Positions 54,411-63,168 of a DNA stretch of 64,000 bases are shown piece by piece. The notes below the pieces were generated by a model that saw nothing but the letters and a program-made list of their open reading frames with translations, did not search any database and had not been told where the DNA came from. Made by a program: the position numbers and the translations under genes. The stretch lies in contig DAIDAE010000001.1 of the NCBI GenBank assembly GCA_027310755.1, positions 23,103-87,102 of the forward strand. Reading direction: 5' to 3'. The first letter of the stretch is position 1. The number at the start of each line of letters is the position of its first letter. Origin of the DNA: Candidatus Micrarchaeaceae archaeon. Lineage in GTDB: Archaea > Micrarchaeota > Micrarchaeia > Micrarchaeales > Micrarchaeaceae.

Positions 54411-56807
54411 ATGCATCATCAAAAAGGAAACGCGGTGCTAAGGCTCATCCTGTTATTAATAGTCATTAACACGTCCTTCATGTATATGATGTATGGGAAC
54501 AGCAACGTCGTAGTGGTCAGCGCAGACGTTGGCGTGATCTGCCCTTTCAGCCTCACGCTTTCGCCTTCGTCACTGTATGTGAAGCAGGCGGGCGCATCCA
54601 TACCATACTCCATAAAGGCCCTGACCCAATGCACCACATCCGTGACAGGCAACCTGATCGTGGAAAACACGCTCACAAGCAATGTCTATGATACCATAAA
54701 CGCAAACTTTGCCAATGTGGGCCAGACGCCGACAAACGGATTCTTCACCATAAGCCCGAGCGTGCTACAGCTTGGCACCAGCAAGGCAACATTCACGGAG
54801 AATTCCCTCAACACCAGCAACTCCACTTCCGCCTCGTTCCCGGTGTTTAGCGCTGCAAACATACTTATACAATCGTTAAACGTCTCCCCATCATCCCCAA
54901 GCGTCGGCTCCGATATAACCCTCACTATCAATGTTGTGAACGACGGCAGCCTGGCATCTAGCAACATGATATGGAACGTAAAGATAGACGGCCCGAGCGG
55001 ATTCACCTACGTGACAAATACCCCTGGACTTTCCGGGCTCTCGCCAGGCGCCAACGAGGTATCAAGCTTCTCGATCAGCGGGGTCACAAGCACCTCAGGG
55101 CTATACACCGTCATCTCAAATGTGAGCTACCAGACAACGGTGAACAGCGTTACCGTCAATGAGATTTCCAGCAATGCCATAAACACATACACAGTGCCGT
55201 CTCCATCAGGCGGCGGAAGCGGAGGAGGGGGCGGCGGAGGCGGAAGCGGCCAGCAGAGGCCCATCATAAACCCAATCAATAGCACCTGCTTCCAAGTATC
55301 AAACATAGCCCAGCTGAACACGTTCAGCGTGACGATACTGGGACAGACGGTAAGGGTCACAGACAATTTCATAACCCCCAATTATACCGGGGTGACGGCG
55401 AACGGCAACTTCCTGGAGCTATACCCGGGATTAAAGTTCTATGTCAATGGCACCACTGGAATAACATTATTCCTGAAAAATGTGTCGTACATACCAGTGC
55501 TGCATACGGTCACCATTGATATATGCCAGTCTTCGCCCGTTCCAACCGGAATATCATCTCTTGCATATACGTCGATGCCATTGGTAACATCGGTAATTGC
55601 AGGCAACAGCACTGTAGCATCGATAGGATTGCGCAACGCCGGCATAACCCCCCTGTGGGCCAACATAACCATCCCCAGACTTCCATACGGGACAATCAGT
55701 CTTTCTGCAAATTCGATATACATGCTTCCCGGCCAGACACTGCTTGTACAAATGCTGTTCCACGCCTTTAACGACACGAGTGGCTCCTACATAACTCCTG
55801 TAAATATAACGGTGACCGCCCAGGGAGAGAGTCCGGCGTCCAGCAAATTCTACATCGGCTTCACAATAGTGCAACCACAGTCAAAGGCCCCCGACGTGCT
55901 TCGAAGCACCTCATTTATTGAATCAGGCCACCAGATACTTACCCAGTACAGCATATACAACCCGACCAATGCCCCGATATACAACGCCAGGCTCACCGCC
56001 CTCCTGCCCGCCAGCATAACAAACAGCACCAACAAGATACTGCTCAGCGGCCCGGTGGGCAACATAACAACCATAAATAGCCAGTACATACTCGGGTGGC
56101 GAATCCCGGTCCTACAGCCGCATGGGACTTCGATATTTTCTTTTGCGGTCAGCAACGTATCGACTCCGGAATACTTCTTCAGCCCCATAACCACGTTTTC
56201 CGTACTTGTGGTGAACAACGCATCCAATGTTAGGATATTTGACCTCCACGTTCCAACATTCTATGTAGGCCAGCAATACAATATAACCCTAAGCTCGTTA
56301 TACACAGGAACGAATCAGACCAACCTGACTATATCTCTCCAGCCTCCTCTTGGCGTGGCAGTCAGGAACCAGGCGCAGGTCTACAGGGTGTTCCCAAACA
56401 CAATGATGCAGACCAACTTCTACGTGTATCCCATATCCGAGTCTGGCACCTACCTATTCCAGCTCACGATAAAGGGAGGCGGCGTGAATGGAACGTACTC
56501 CATACCAGTGGTGGTGCTCCAGCAGAACCAGCTCCTGCCCCCGGCAAGTAACCAGACTGGCACCGGATCCGTGTCGCAGGGGCTCGGCGACTATATTCCA
56601 TATATCGCGGCCGGCGCGGTCATAGCGCTGTTGGTAGCAATACTATTAATATCGGCCTACGGGAGGGCCAGAGGTTCTAGGTACAACGTGCGTAGGGCAG
56701 AGGAGCTCTCCAAGGTGAAGCAGAGGGTGAGGCGCGATCTGGACAACGAGTCAAAATCCGACACTAATAGGAGGGTGCCAGATGATGAAATCCCCTCGGA
56801 ACGCTAA
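54411..56807 (+). CDS. Large surface protein with a CARDB-like domain, Gly/Ser linker and C-terminal TM anchor
   Basis: N-terminal anchor LRLILLLIVINTSF. VGSDITLTINVVNDGSLASSNMIWNVKIDGP is a CARDB-like pattern. Linker SGGGSGGGGGGGGSG. Dense N-x-S/T sequons. C-terminal AAGAVIALLVAILLISAY plus a charged tail. Confidence 0.75.
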   Translation: MHHQKGNAVLRLILLLIVINTSFMYMMYGNSNVVVVSADVGVICPFSLTLSPSSLYVKQAGASIPYSIKALTQCTTSVTGNLIVENTLTSNVYDTINANFANVGQTPTNGFFTISPSVLQLGTSKATFTENSLNTSNSTSASFPVFSAANILIQSLNVSPSSPSVGSDITLTINVVNDGSLASSNMIWNVKIDGPSGFTYVTNTPGLSGLSPGANEVSSFSISGVTSTSGLYTVISNVSYQTTVNSVTVNEISSNAINTYTVPSPSGGGSGGGGGGGGSGQQRPIINPINSTCFQVSNIAQLNTFSVTILGQTVRVTDNFITPNYTGVTANGNFLELYPGLKFYVNGTTGITLFLKNVSYIPVLHTVTIDICQSSPVPTGISSLAYTSMPLVTSVIAGNSTVASIGLRNAGITPLWANITIPRLPYGTISLSANSIYMLPGQTLLVQMLFHAFNDTSGSYITPVNITVTAQGESPASSKFYIGFTIVQPQSKAPDVLRSTSFIESGHQILTQYSIYNPTNAPIYNARLTALLPASITNSTNKILLSGPVGNITTINSQYILGWRIPVLQPHGTSIFSFAVSNVSTPEYFFSPITTFSVLVVNNASNVRIFDLHVPTFYVGQQYNITLSSLYTGTNQTNLTISLQPPLGVAVRNQAQVYRVFPNTMMQTNFYVYPISESGTYLFQLTIKGGGVNGTYSIPVVVLQQNQLLPPASNQTGTGSVSQGLGDYIPYIAAGAVIALLVAILLISAYGRARGSRYNVRRAEELSKVKQRVRRDLDNESKSDTNRRVPDDEIPSER

Positions 56808-56906
56808 AATTATTAATACTATCCTTCCTAGTCCTATCAGCGGCAAATAGGTAATCGGCGATTAGGCAATCGGACAGCGACGACCTTCGACTAGCAGTGG
56901 CGTTAC

Positions 56907-57701
56907 ATGGCAGAACCATACATAATACGGATATCTTCCCAAAAAGGGGGCGTGGGGAAAAGCATAGTGGCGATAAATTTTGCAACCTCCCTCAAGGCGC
57001 TGGGGCACAAGGTGCTGTTGATAGACTCAGACTTCTCAAATCCGTCTATAAGCGTGTATCTCGGACTTGAAGACGCCAATATAGGCTACAAGGAGGTCTT
57101 TATGGGGAGGGTGGACCCGGTCAGGGCGATAATACCTCACTCTGCCACCGGCCTGAGCATTCTGCCCGGCACGATAAGCGCAAGGCAGTTCGTGCCGAAC
57201 AGGAGGGAGGTGGATGCGCTGATCCCGAAGATAAAAAGACTCAACTACGACTTCATAATAGTTGACACACAGCCGGGCTACCTCGCCCCCGAGGTGCTAA
57301 AGATGTATGGCGAGGCGCTGATAGTGACGACACCGGAGATGTCAAGCCTTCTGGCTGCGATAAAGCTGGCGCACGTTTACAATAAGGAGCAGCTCAGGCA
57401 CAACCTGGTCGTAAACAGGGTGAGGAACAGGAAATACGAGCTCAGCATAAGCGAAATAGAGGAGATATACGAGAACAGGGTTGTGAGCGTGCTGCCCGAG
57501 GATGAGATAGTGCCGCTGAGCGTGGCTGACCACATACCCGCATATTCGATGAACAGGAGAGCACAGTTTTCGAGGGCGATAGGCTCGATGTCCAGGATCT
57601 ATAGCGGCAAGGCCGCCGGCAGCGTGGCGGAAAAGCAGGGCAGGGATGCCGAAGGCGGTGGCCTACTGGCGTTCCTGAGGAGGCTGCTCGGCCTTCGATG
57701 A
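56907..57701 (+). CDS. minD: MinD/ParA-family ATPase (copy 2)
   Basis: Deviant Walker A SSQKGGVGKS, FIIVDTQPG, C-terminal amphipathic helix GLLAFLRRLLGLR. Collinear with copy 1 (15332..16129). Confidence 0.85.
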   Translation: MAEPYIIRISSQKGGVGKSIVAINFATSLKALGHKVLLIDSDFSNPSISVYLGLEDANIGYKEVFMGRVDPVRAIIPHSATGLSILPGTISARQFVPNRREVDALIPKIKRLNYDFIIVDTQPGYLAPEVLKMYGEALIVTTPEMSSLLAAIKLAHVYNKEQLRHNLVVNRVRNRKYELSISEIEEIYENRVVSVLPEDEIVPLSVADHIPAYSMNRRAQFSRAIGSMSRIYSGKAAGSVAEKQGRDAEGGGLLAFLRRLLGLR

Positions 57702-57795
57702 TATGATACTGTAATTCGATATTTATTCCGCTAATTTTCAAAAACCGAAGGATTTAAATACTAACGTTTATATTTTTAGCTGAAAGGCGATACAC

Positions 57796-58794
57796 ATGGC
57801 ACGTTTAAGCGGTAATAGGGCCCATAAGGGCAATAAAGTCAGGGATTTTGCCACGGTTTCCGTGGCAATGCTGGTCGTATTAGCATTGGCGTTCACATTT
57901 TTGTCTATTACAAATATCAGGATAGCCGCTGCAAACTCCACATCAAGCAATGTTGCAGCGTCTGTAAACGTGCTATCATATTGTGAAATTGGCGGAGTGC
58001 CGAACACAATAAACTTCGGCAGCATAACCAACGGCCAAAGTCATGACACTAACTCGCTTATAACTGCGAATACCATCGGCAATGCGAATGGCAATATTCT
58101 TGTATATGGTACAACATGGGCATATTTGAGCAGCAACTCCTTCGATATAACCAATACGCTATGGAACCCCACCAGCCTGAATTCGAATGGAGGTAATGCG
58201 CTCACTGCATCTCCAGTGAATACGCTTATAACCTTGGTTCCAGTGGACGATGCAACAGGGACAAACAACATATACTTTGGAGTTAACGTGCCTTTAGGAC
58301 AGGCGCCAGATACATACACACAGACCATAACATTGCAAAATTCGTGTAGCGGCTCTGCCAACACATTTTCCATAACAGCGACTTTGACAGTTCCGGGACA
58401 GTGCTTCATACAATTAAGCAATACTGCAATAGCATTCGGCAACATCAATCCTGGCTCAAATACGCCTTACACAAGCAATCTGGTTGTTGATAATGGTCTT
58501 GATAATAATGTTCCATCTAACATCCTTGTGGAGGGCTCATCATGGATATCCGGAAGCGGTAACTTCTTTGTATCAAATACCGTATGGGCGACCACGAATG
58601 TCGCATACACCCAAACGCCGTCATCAACTGAAAATCCACTACAACTTTATCCAGGCAATCTCATCAACACGAACATCGAGATACCATATCCGCCAACAAG
58701 CAGCAGCAATAACATATACTTCGGCGTTGCGGTACCTCCTGGGCAACCTGCAGGCGTTTACACACAGAATATATTGCTAGAGAACTCCTGCTAA
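57796..58794 (+). CDS. Secreted protein made of two tandem Cys-bracketed beta-rich domains
   Basis: N-terminal anchor VSVAMLVVLALAFTFLSI. Domain starts are SYCEIGGVPNTINFGSITNG and GQCFIQLSNTAIAFGNINPG. Domain ends are NNIYFGVNVPLGQAPDTYTQTITLQNSC and NNIYFGVAVPPGQPAGVYTQNILLENSC. Confidence 0.7.
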   Translation: MARLSGNRAHKGNKVRDFATVSVAMLVVLALAFTFLSITNIRIAAANSTSSNVAASVNVLSYCEIGGVPNTINFGSITNGQSHDTNSLITANTIGNANGNILVYGTTWAYLSSNSFDITNTLWNPTSLNSNGGNALTASPVNTLITLVPVDDATGTNNIYFGVNVPLGQAPDTYTQTITLQNSCSGSANTFSITATLTVPGQCFIQLSNTAIAFGNINPGSNTPYTSNLVVDNGLDNNVPSNILVEGSSWISGSGNFFVSNTVWATTNVAYTQTPSSTENPLQLYPGNLINTNIEIPYPPTSSSNNIYFGVAVPPGQPAGVYTQNILLENSC

Positions 58795-58808
58795 CGTAGG
58801 TAAAATTC

Positions 58809-59708
58809 ATGAATGGAGAAAGTTCGCACGGCTTCAAGTTAATAAGGATATTGCCATTTATTTTGGCGATATCTCTTATGTATGCGCCCTTCGCCAGCGC
58901 CCAGCTCGGGGAAATTGCAGGCCAGCTGAACTTCCAGGTCCAAATAGGCCACAATCAAACCATCCAGCTCCATCTGCTCAATGAAGGGAATACGTCCATA
59001 GGCGTGCATGTGACTGCCCAGGCGCTCCAGCTCACTTCGAACCGGGTCCTGTCAGCGAACCAGCCAACACCTACTATATTTATCAGTCCCGAGAACCTGA
59101 CCGTGCCGGCTTATGGCACATCGGCCATCAACATAACAGTGTCCATGCCGCTCGGTGATACACCATATCTTGCGTCGTGGGAAGACATTATTTCTGCACA
59201 GGAAGCGACCAACGCCACAAATCCTGGAGGAGCGCTCATACTCCAAGGTGTTGCAAAGATAATCTCTGTTGGCGCAATACCTTCGACCACCACCACCTCT
59301 ACAATACCTACCACAATAGCACAATCGGCAGGAGCAGGGGTAGGTCCACTCTCCGGCGCGGCTCTGCCCATAGCGGTAATAATCCTCATAATAATCATTG
59401 CCATAGCGTATTACTACAGCGCGCGCAGGCCAAAAGGCAGGAAGGCACCAGGCAGGCGAGCAAGGAAGGAGGAGAAGGAGGAAGAAGGGGAGCCGGAAAG
59501 CAGGGAGAGCATAACAAGGGAGATAGACAGGCTGAGGAAGCAGAAGGCAAAGCTCCAGGCAGAGATAAGCGCGGCGAAGAGAGGAAGGGCAGGCGGCAGA
59601 AGGCTACGCCCGACGAGGAAAAAGCCTTCTTCCACAAGGAAACGCAGCACAAGGACCAGGGCTAGGACCGGAACCGGGGCAAGGGCACGAAGGAGGAGAA
59701 GTAGATAG
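58809..59708 (+). CDS. Single-pass membrane protein: extracellular Ig-like domain plus a very basic cytoplasmic tail
   Basis: Signal ILPFILAISLMYAPFASAQ, then IQLHLLNEGNTSIGVHVTA, TM LPIAVIILIIIIAIAYYY, then about 95 aa rich in Arg/Lys with a heptad-like segment (ITREIDRLRKQKAKLQAEISAAKR). Confidence 0.7.
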   Translation: MNGESSHGFKLIRILPFILAISLMYAPFASAQLGEIAGQLNFQVQIGHNQTIQLHLLNEGNTSIGVHVTAQALQLTSNRVLSANQPTPTIFISPENLTVPAYGTSAINITVSMPLGDTPYLASWEDIISAQEATNATNPGGALILQGVAKIISVGAIPSTTTTSTIPTTIAQSAGAGVGPLSGAALPIAVIILIIIIAIAYYYSARRPKGRKAPGRRARKEEKEEEGEPESRESITREIDRLRKQKAKLQAEISAAKRGRAGGRRLRPTRKKPSSTRKRSTRTRARTGTGARARRRRSR

Positions 59709-59771
59709 CCACTAAAGTTAATCTGATTTTACGCCGATTTCCATTTATTTATCTTATTCTTGTCCTATTCT

Positions 59772-60806
59772 CTAGAGCACATCTATTCCAAGCTCTTCCG
59801 GTTTCGGGGACCTGCCCAATACACCCTCACCGCCCTTCAATCCTGTGAATATGGCTATGACGGAAACTTTGCCGTTGTAATTCGGGTCTATCCTGGCGCC
59901 CCATATGACGTTGGCATTCGCCGAGGTCATCTCGGTGACCCTCCTGCCTATTTCGTTCGCATCACCCAGCGTCAGGTCCTCGCCCCCTATTATCTGCAGC
60001 AGTACGGAGCTTGAGCCCTCATAGTCCACATCCAGCAACTTGTTCTTGAAGACATCCCTGCATACGGCATTGACCTTATCCGTGCCGGATCCCTCCCCTA
60101 CGCTTATGAACGCGAGCCCACCCCCGTTCATTATGGTTTTTACGTCGGCAAAATCGAGGTTTATCAGGCTGGGAGTGTTTATCATTTCGGTTATGCCGCG
60201 GGCGGCCCTTGATGTGACCTCGTCGGCTACCTTGAAGGCCTGGTCCATCGTCAGATTGGCGTAAAGCTGGTACAGCCTCTGATTGTCTATCACTATAAGC
60301 GTGTCAACATACCTGCGCAGCTGCTCTATCCCCTTCCTTGCTGTCTCTAATCTAACCCTCTCGAGCGCGAACGGTATAGTTACTATGCCTATCACTATCG
60401 CGCCGGCCTTCTTCGCCACGTCCGCGACAACGGGCGCTGCGCCTGTTCCGGTGCCGCCCCCCATTCCGGCAGTGACAAATACAAGATTGGAGTCCCTTAG
60501 CAGGTCCTCTATCTCCGACCTTGAGAACTGCGCGGCCTTCTCTCCTATTTCCGGGAATCCTCCCGCGCCCAGCCCCCTTGTGAGCTGCGCCCCTATGAGT
60601 ATCCTTTTTATTGCCGGATTCAGTGTCCTGAGATGGTTGCCGTCCGTGTTGACCGCCGCGAGCATGGCTCCGCGTATGCCCATGTTGGCCAGCCTCTGTA
60701 TGGTATTGCTGCCTCCCCCTCCGCATCCAACCACGGCTATCTTTGCCTGGAACATTTCAGAATCATTGGAATCATGCGAACTCAACGCGCTATCAACAAG
60801 GTCCAT
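59772..60806 (-). CDS. ftsZ: Cell division GTPase FtsZ
   Basis: GCGGGGSN, tubulin signature GMGGGTGTGAAPV, NLDFADV. ATG 60806 is preferred because a TATA-like box lies ~36 nt upstream. The track start at 60875 would place that box inside the gene. Confidence 0.92.
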   Translation of the reverse strand: MDLVDSALSSHDSNDSEMFQAKIAVVGCGGGGSNTIQRLANMGIRGAMLAAVNTDGNHLRTLNPAIKRILIGAQLTRGLGAGGFPEIGEKAAQFSRSEIEDLLRDSNLVFVTAGMGGGTGTGAAPVVADVAKKAGAIVIGIVTIPFALERVRLETARKGIEQLRRYVDTLIVIDNQRLYQLYANLTMDQAFKVADEVTSRAARGITEMINTPSLINLDFADVKTIMNGGGLAFISVGEGSGTDKVNAVCRDVFKNKLLDVDYEGSSSVLLQIIGGEDLTLGDANEIGRRVTEMTSANANVIWGARIDPNYNGKVSVIAIFTGLKGGEGVLGRSPKPEELGIDVL

Positions 60807-60838
60807 TCGGTCACCGTGATAGCTAATACACTCGGAAG

Positions 60839-60847
60839 ATATAAAAA
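60839..60847 (-). promoter_or_regulatory. TATA-like box of ftsZ
   Basis: Minus-strand TTTTTATAT, centred ~36 nt upstream of ATG 60806. Confidence 0.3.
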
Positions 60848-60952
60848 ATTGATGAAAAATGCCATTAATCGCCATCGCTATCTTTTTATAGGTATTCCTA
60901 CTAAACCAGTATTGCGGAATCTCTTTTTAGAGCATTCATCACAGTGTTAATC

Positions 60953-61480
60953 ATGGCAAGACTTAGACCCGGAAGGACGTGCAGGACGCCAAACTCGCAG
61001 GCTTGGGCGAGGTACTCGCAGAGCAAGCCGAGGAAGAACTACATAAGGGCGCTGCCGCACACCAGCATACAGATATTCGACATGGGTAAGGACAATGCCG
61101 AATACACCACAAAGCTCATGCTGGAGACAATGCAGCCAATTCAGCTGCGATCGAATGCGCTCGAGGCCGCGAGAAGGGTGGCAAACCAGCACCTGGAGGC
61201 CGACATACCGCTTGGTTATTACCTGAAGCTCCTCGTGTATCCCCACAACGTGATAAGGGAGCACAAGATGGCGGCAGGAGCCGGAGCGGACAGGGTATCC
61301 AGGGGAATGAGCCTTGCATTCGGGAGGCCGATATCTGTTGCGGCGAGGCTGAGGAGGAACCAGGCCGTGCTCATGGTAAAGACAAAAACGGAGAACAAGG
61401 ATGCGGCCATAAATGCATTGAAGCGCGCCTCGGCAAAGCTATCCGGAACCTACAAGGTAAGGTTGGAGGCAGCGGCTTAA
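60953..61480 (+). CDS. rpl10e: 50S ribosomal protein L10e (uL16)
   Basis: MARLRPGRTCR...YIRALPHTSIQIFDMG...GAGADRVSRGM. Confidence 0.9.
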   Translation: MARLRPGRTCRTPNSQAWARYSQSKPRKNYIRALPHTSIQIFDMGKDNAEYTTKLMLETMQPIQLRSNALEAARRVANQHLEADIPLGYYLKLLVYPHNVIREHKMAAGAGADRVSRGMSLAFGRPISVAARLRRNQAVLMVKTKTENKDAAINALKRASAKLSGTYKVRLEAAA

Positions 61481-61523
61481 TTATTAAGCCCAATTATCAA
61501 TCCAGCATTCCACAGTGTTGCTT

Positions 61524-62453
61524 ATGCGAATTTTATTGCAGTTCCCTGAAGGGTTGAAGCAGAAGGCGTCTGAATACGCGAAGGAGCTCGAGAAAGAGGG
61601 AAACGAAGTATTCATATCCGCATCCCCCACTTTCGGGGCGTGCGACCTTGCCCTTGACGAGATGAGGAACATAAAGGCCGACAAGCTCGTCCACTTCGGC
61701 CACGCCGAATTCCACCACGTCGACGCGAACGTCGAGTACATACCGTATTACATTGACGCCCCAACGGCATTGCTTCCAGAGTCCTTGGATATCCTAAAGG
61801 CGTACAACACAATTTCACTAATCACTACTATCCAGCACATCCACCAGCTGGAGGCCATAAAACGCTTCTACGAGGACAACGGCAAGAAAGTCATAATAGG
61901 CAAACCATACGGTTTTGCAAAGCATCCCGGACAGGTGCTCGGCTGCGACATCGGGAGCGCGGCGAACGTCGACAAGCAGGTGGACGCGCATGTCTATTTC
62001 GGTGGCGGGATGTTCCATCCATTGGGAGCATTGCTCAACACATCAAAGCCCTTTTTTGTCATAGAGCCCTTCGAAAACAAAATAGAGAACGTAGACAAAT
62101 ACAGGGAGATATACAGGAAGAGGAGCCGCGGCAAGATAATGCGCGCGCTGAATGCAAGGAGCATTGGCATACTCGTGAGCACGAAGAACGGGCAGCACAA
62201 CATGGGTCTAGCCAACATAATCAAGGACAAGGCCAGGAAGGCGGGGATGGATGCGCAGGTTCTTGTTGCAAACACCTTCGACTTCATGTCGCTGAACAAC
62301 ATGCTCCAGTTCGACGCATTCGTCAACACCGCATGCCCCAGGATATCCATAGACGATACTGATAGGACCAGGGCGCCGCTGCTCAGCGCAAATGAGCTTA
62401 TGGAAGTGCTGAGGATGAAGGCCGAGATGGTGGCCTTGCACGGAAAGCGATAA
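61524..62453 (+). CDS. dph2: Diphthamide synthesis enzyme Dph2 (2-(3-amino-3-carboxypropyl)histidine synthase)
   Basis: ILLQFPEGL, SPTFGACD, LVHFGHA, NTACPRI (radical-SAM-like Cys ligands of Dph2). Confidence 0.85.
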   Translation: MRILLQFPEGLKQKASEYAKELEKEGNEVFISASPTFGACDLALDEMRNIKADKLVHFGHAEFHHVDANVEYIPYYIDAPTALLPESLDILKAYNTISLITTIQHIHQLEAIKRFYEDNGKKVIIGKPYGFAKHPGQVLGCDIGSAANVDKQVDAHVYFGGGMFHPLGALLNTSKPFFVIEPFENKIENVDKYREIYRKRSRGKIMRALNARSIGILVSTKNGQHNMGLANIIKDKARKAGMDAQVLVANTFDFMSLNNMLQFDAFVNTACPRISIDDTDRTRAPLLSANELMEVLRMKAEMVALHGKR

Positions 62454-62472
62454 AAGTAACGCGGCAGCCCCT

Positions 62473-63057
62473 TCAGGTCACTTTCGTATTAAGGGTGGCG
62501 ACCTTTACCGTGTACCATGGGTTTGAAACGGCAGCCGGGGCCGTGCTCCCCGTCGTATAATTCATCCATATGTATCCGGAGAACGCGGTGCTTATCGGGG
62601 ATCCGAACCCTACAAATTTTCCATTGTTGCCAATGCATGGGAGATCGTTTGCGCCTGCAGCAGCGCCTATGCTCAATGTTGCCCCGCTCGCAAGCGAAGC
62701 CCCCCCGGTTCCCAGCGTCGGCATCCATGATCCGCCTGAGGTTATGTCATTAAACGCAGCGCCGCTCGGATAACCCTGGCTATTGGATGTGGCAGCGCAC
62801 GCCATGGCTATGTTATATATCGGTATTCCAAGATTTTGCCCGAATGTGAAGGCCAACCCGTTGTTGGTCGCCGTGTTCTGCAGGGCGGCGTTTTGGCAAT
62901 AGAAACCAGGGGCGGCGATGCACGCCGAGCCTATCAAGCTTCCTCCGCTGAAAACGCCGAGCTGGAAGAGCGCTCCAAGCACAACCGCAATAATTAGTAT
63001 GGCCCATCCGTAGGTCATAAGGTATTCCATGGCGCTCTGCGCCCTGATTATCGGCAT
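62473..63057 (-). CDS. Archaeal type IV pilin-like protein (class III signal peptide)
   Basis: MPIIRAQ/SAMEYLMTYGWAILIIAVVLGALF: a basic n-region, a prepilin-peptidase-type site, then an invariant hydrophobic helix. Cys pairs. The C-terminus is NPWYTVKVATLNTKVT. Confidence 0.75.
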   Translation of the reverse strand: MPIIRAQSAMEYLMTYGWAILIIAVVLGALFQLGVFSGGSLIGSACIAAPGFYCQNAALQNTATNNGLAFTFGQNLGIPIYNIAMACAATSNSQGYPSGAAFNDITSGGSWMPTLGTGGASLASGATLSIGAAAGANDLPCIGNNGKFVGFGSPISTAFSGYIWMNYTTGSTAPAAVSNPWYTVKVATLNTKVT

Positions 63058-63118
63058 ATAGTTAATCTTTAATATCGTTAAAGCTAAAAACCCTGCCAGT
63101 AGGCACTATGGGGAACCA

Positions 63119-63159
63119 AGATAAAAAAGAAAATGAAGCGGTACCGAAAGATACCGCTT
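63119..63159 (-). terminator. Hairpin plus oligo-T terminator downstream of the second pilin gene
   Basis: Minus strand: AAGCGGTA-TCTTTCGG-TACCGCTT followed by CATTTTCTTTTTTATC. Confidence 0.45.
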
Positions 63160-63168
63160 TCAATATGC

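Noticed and set aside
55199-55250. GGC/GGA-rich tract that looks like a simple-sequence repeat
   Set aside because: It is in frame within the 798-aa surface protein and encodes the SGGGSGGGGGGGGSG linker. It is a coding linker, not a CRISPR or a regulatory repeat.
59177-59665. Alternative-frame ORFs (162, 85 and 78 aa) over the Arg/Lys-rich tail region
   Set aside because: These are a side effect of the purine-rich AGG/AAG/GAA repeat coding for the basic tail of the 58809..59708 product. All alternative frames are low complexity.
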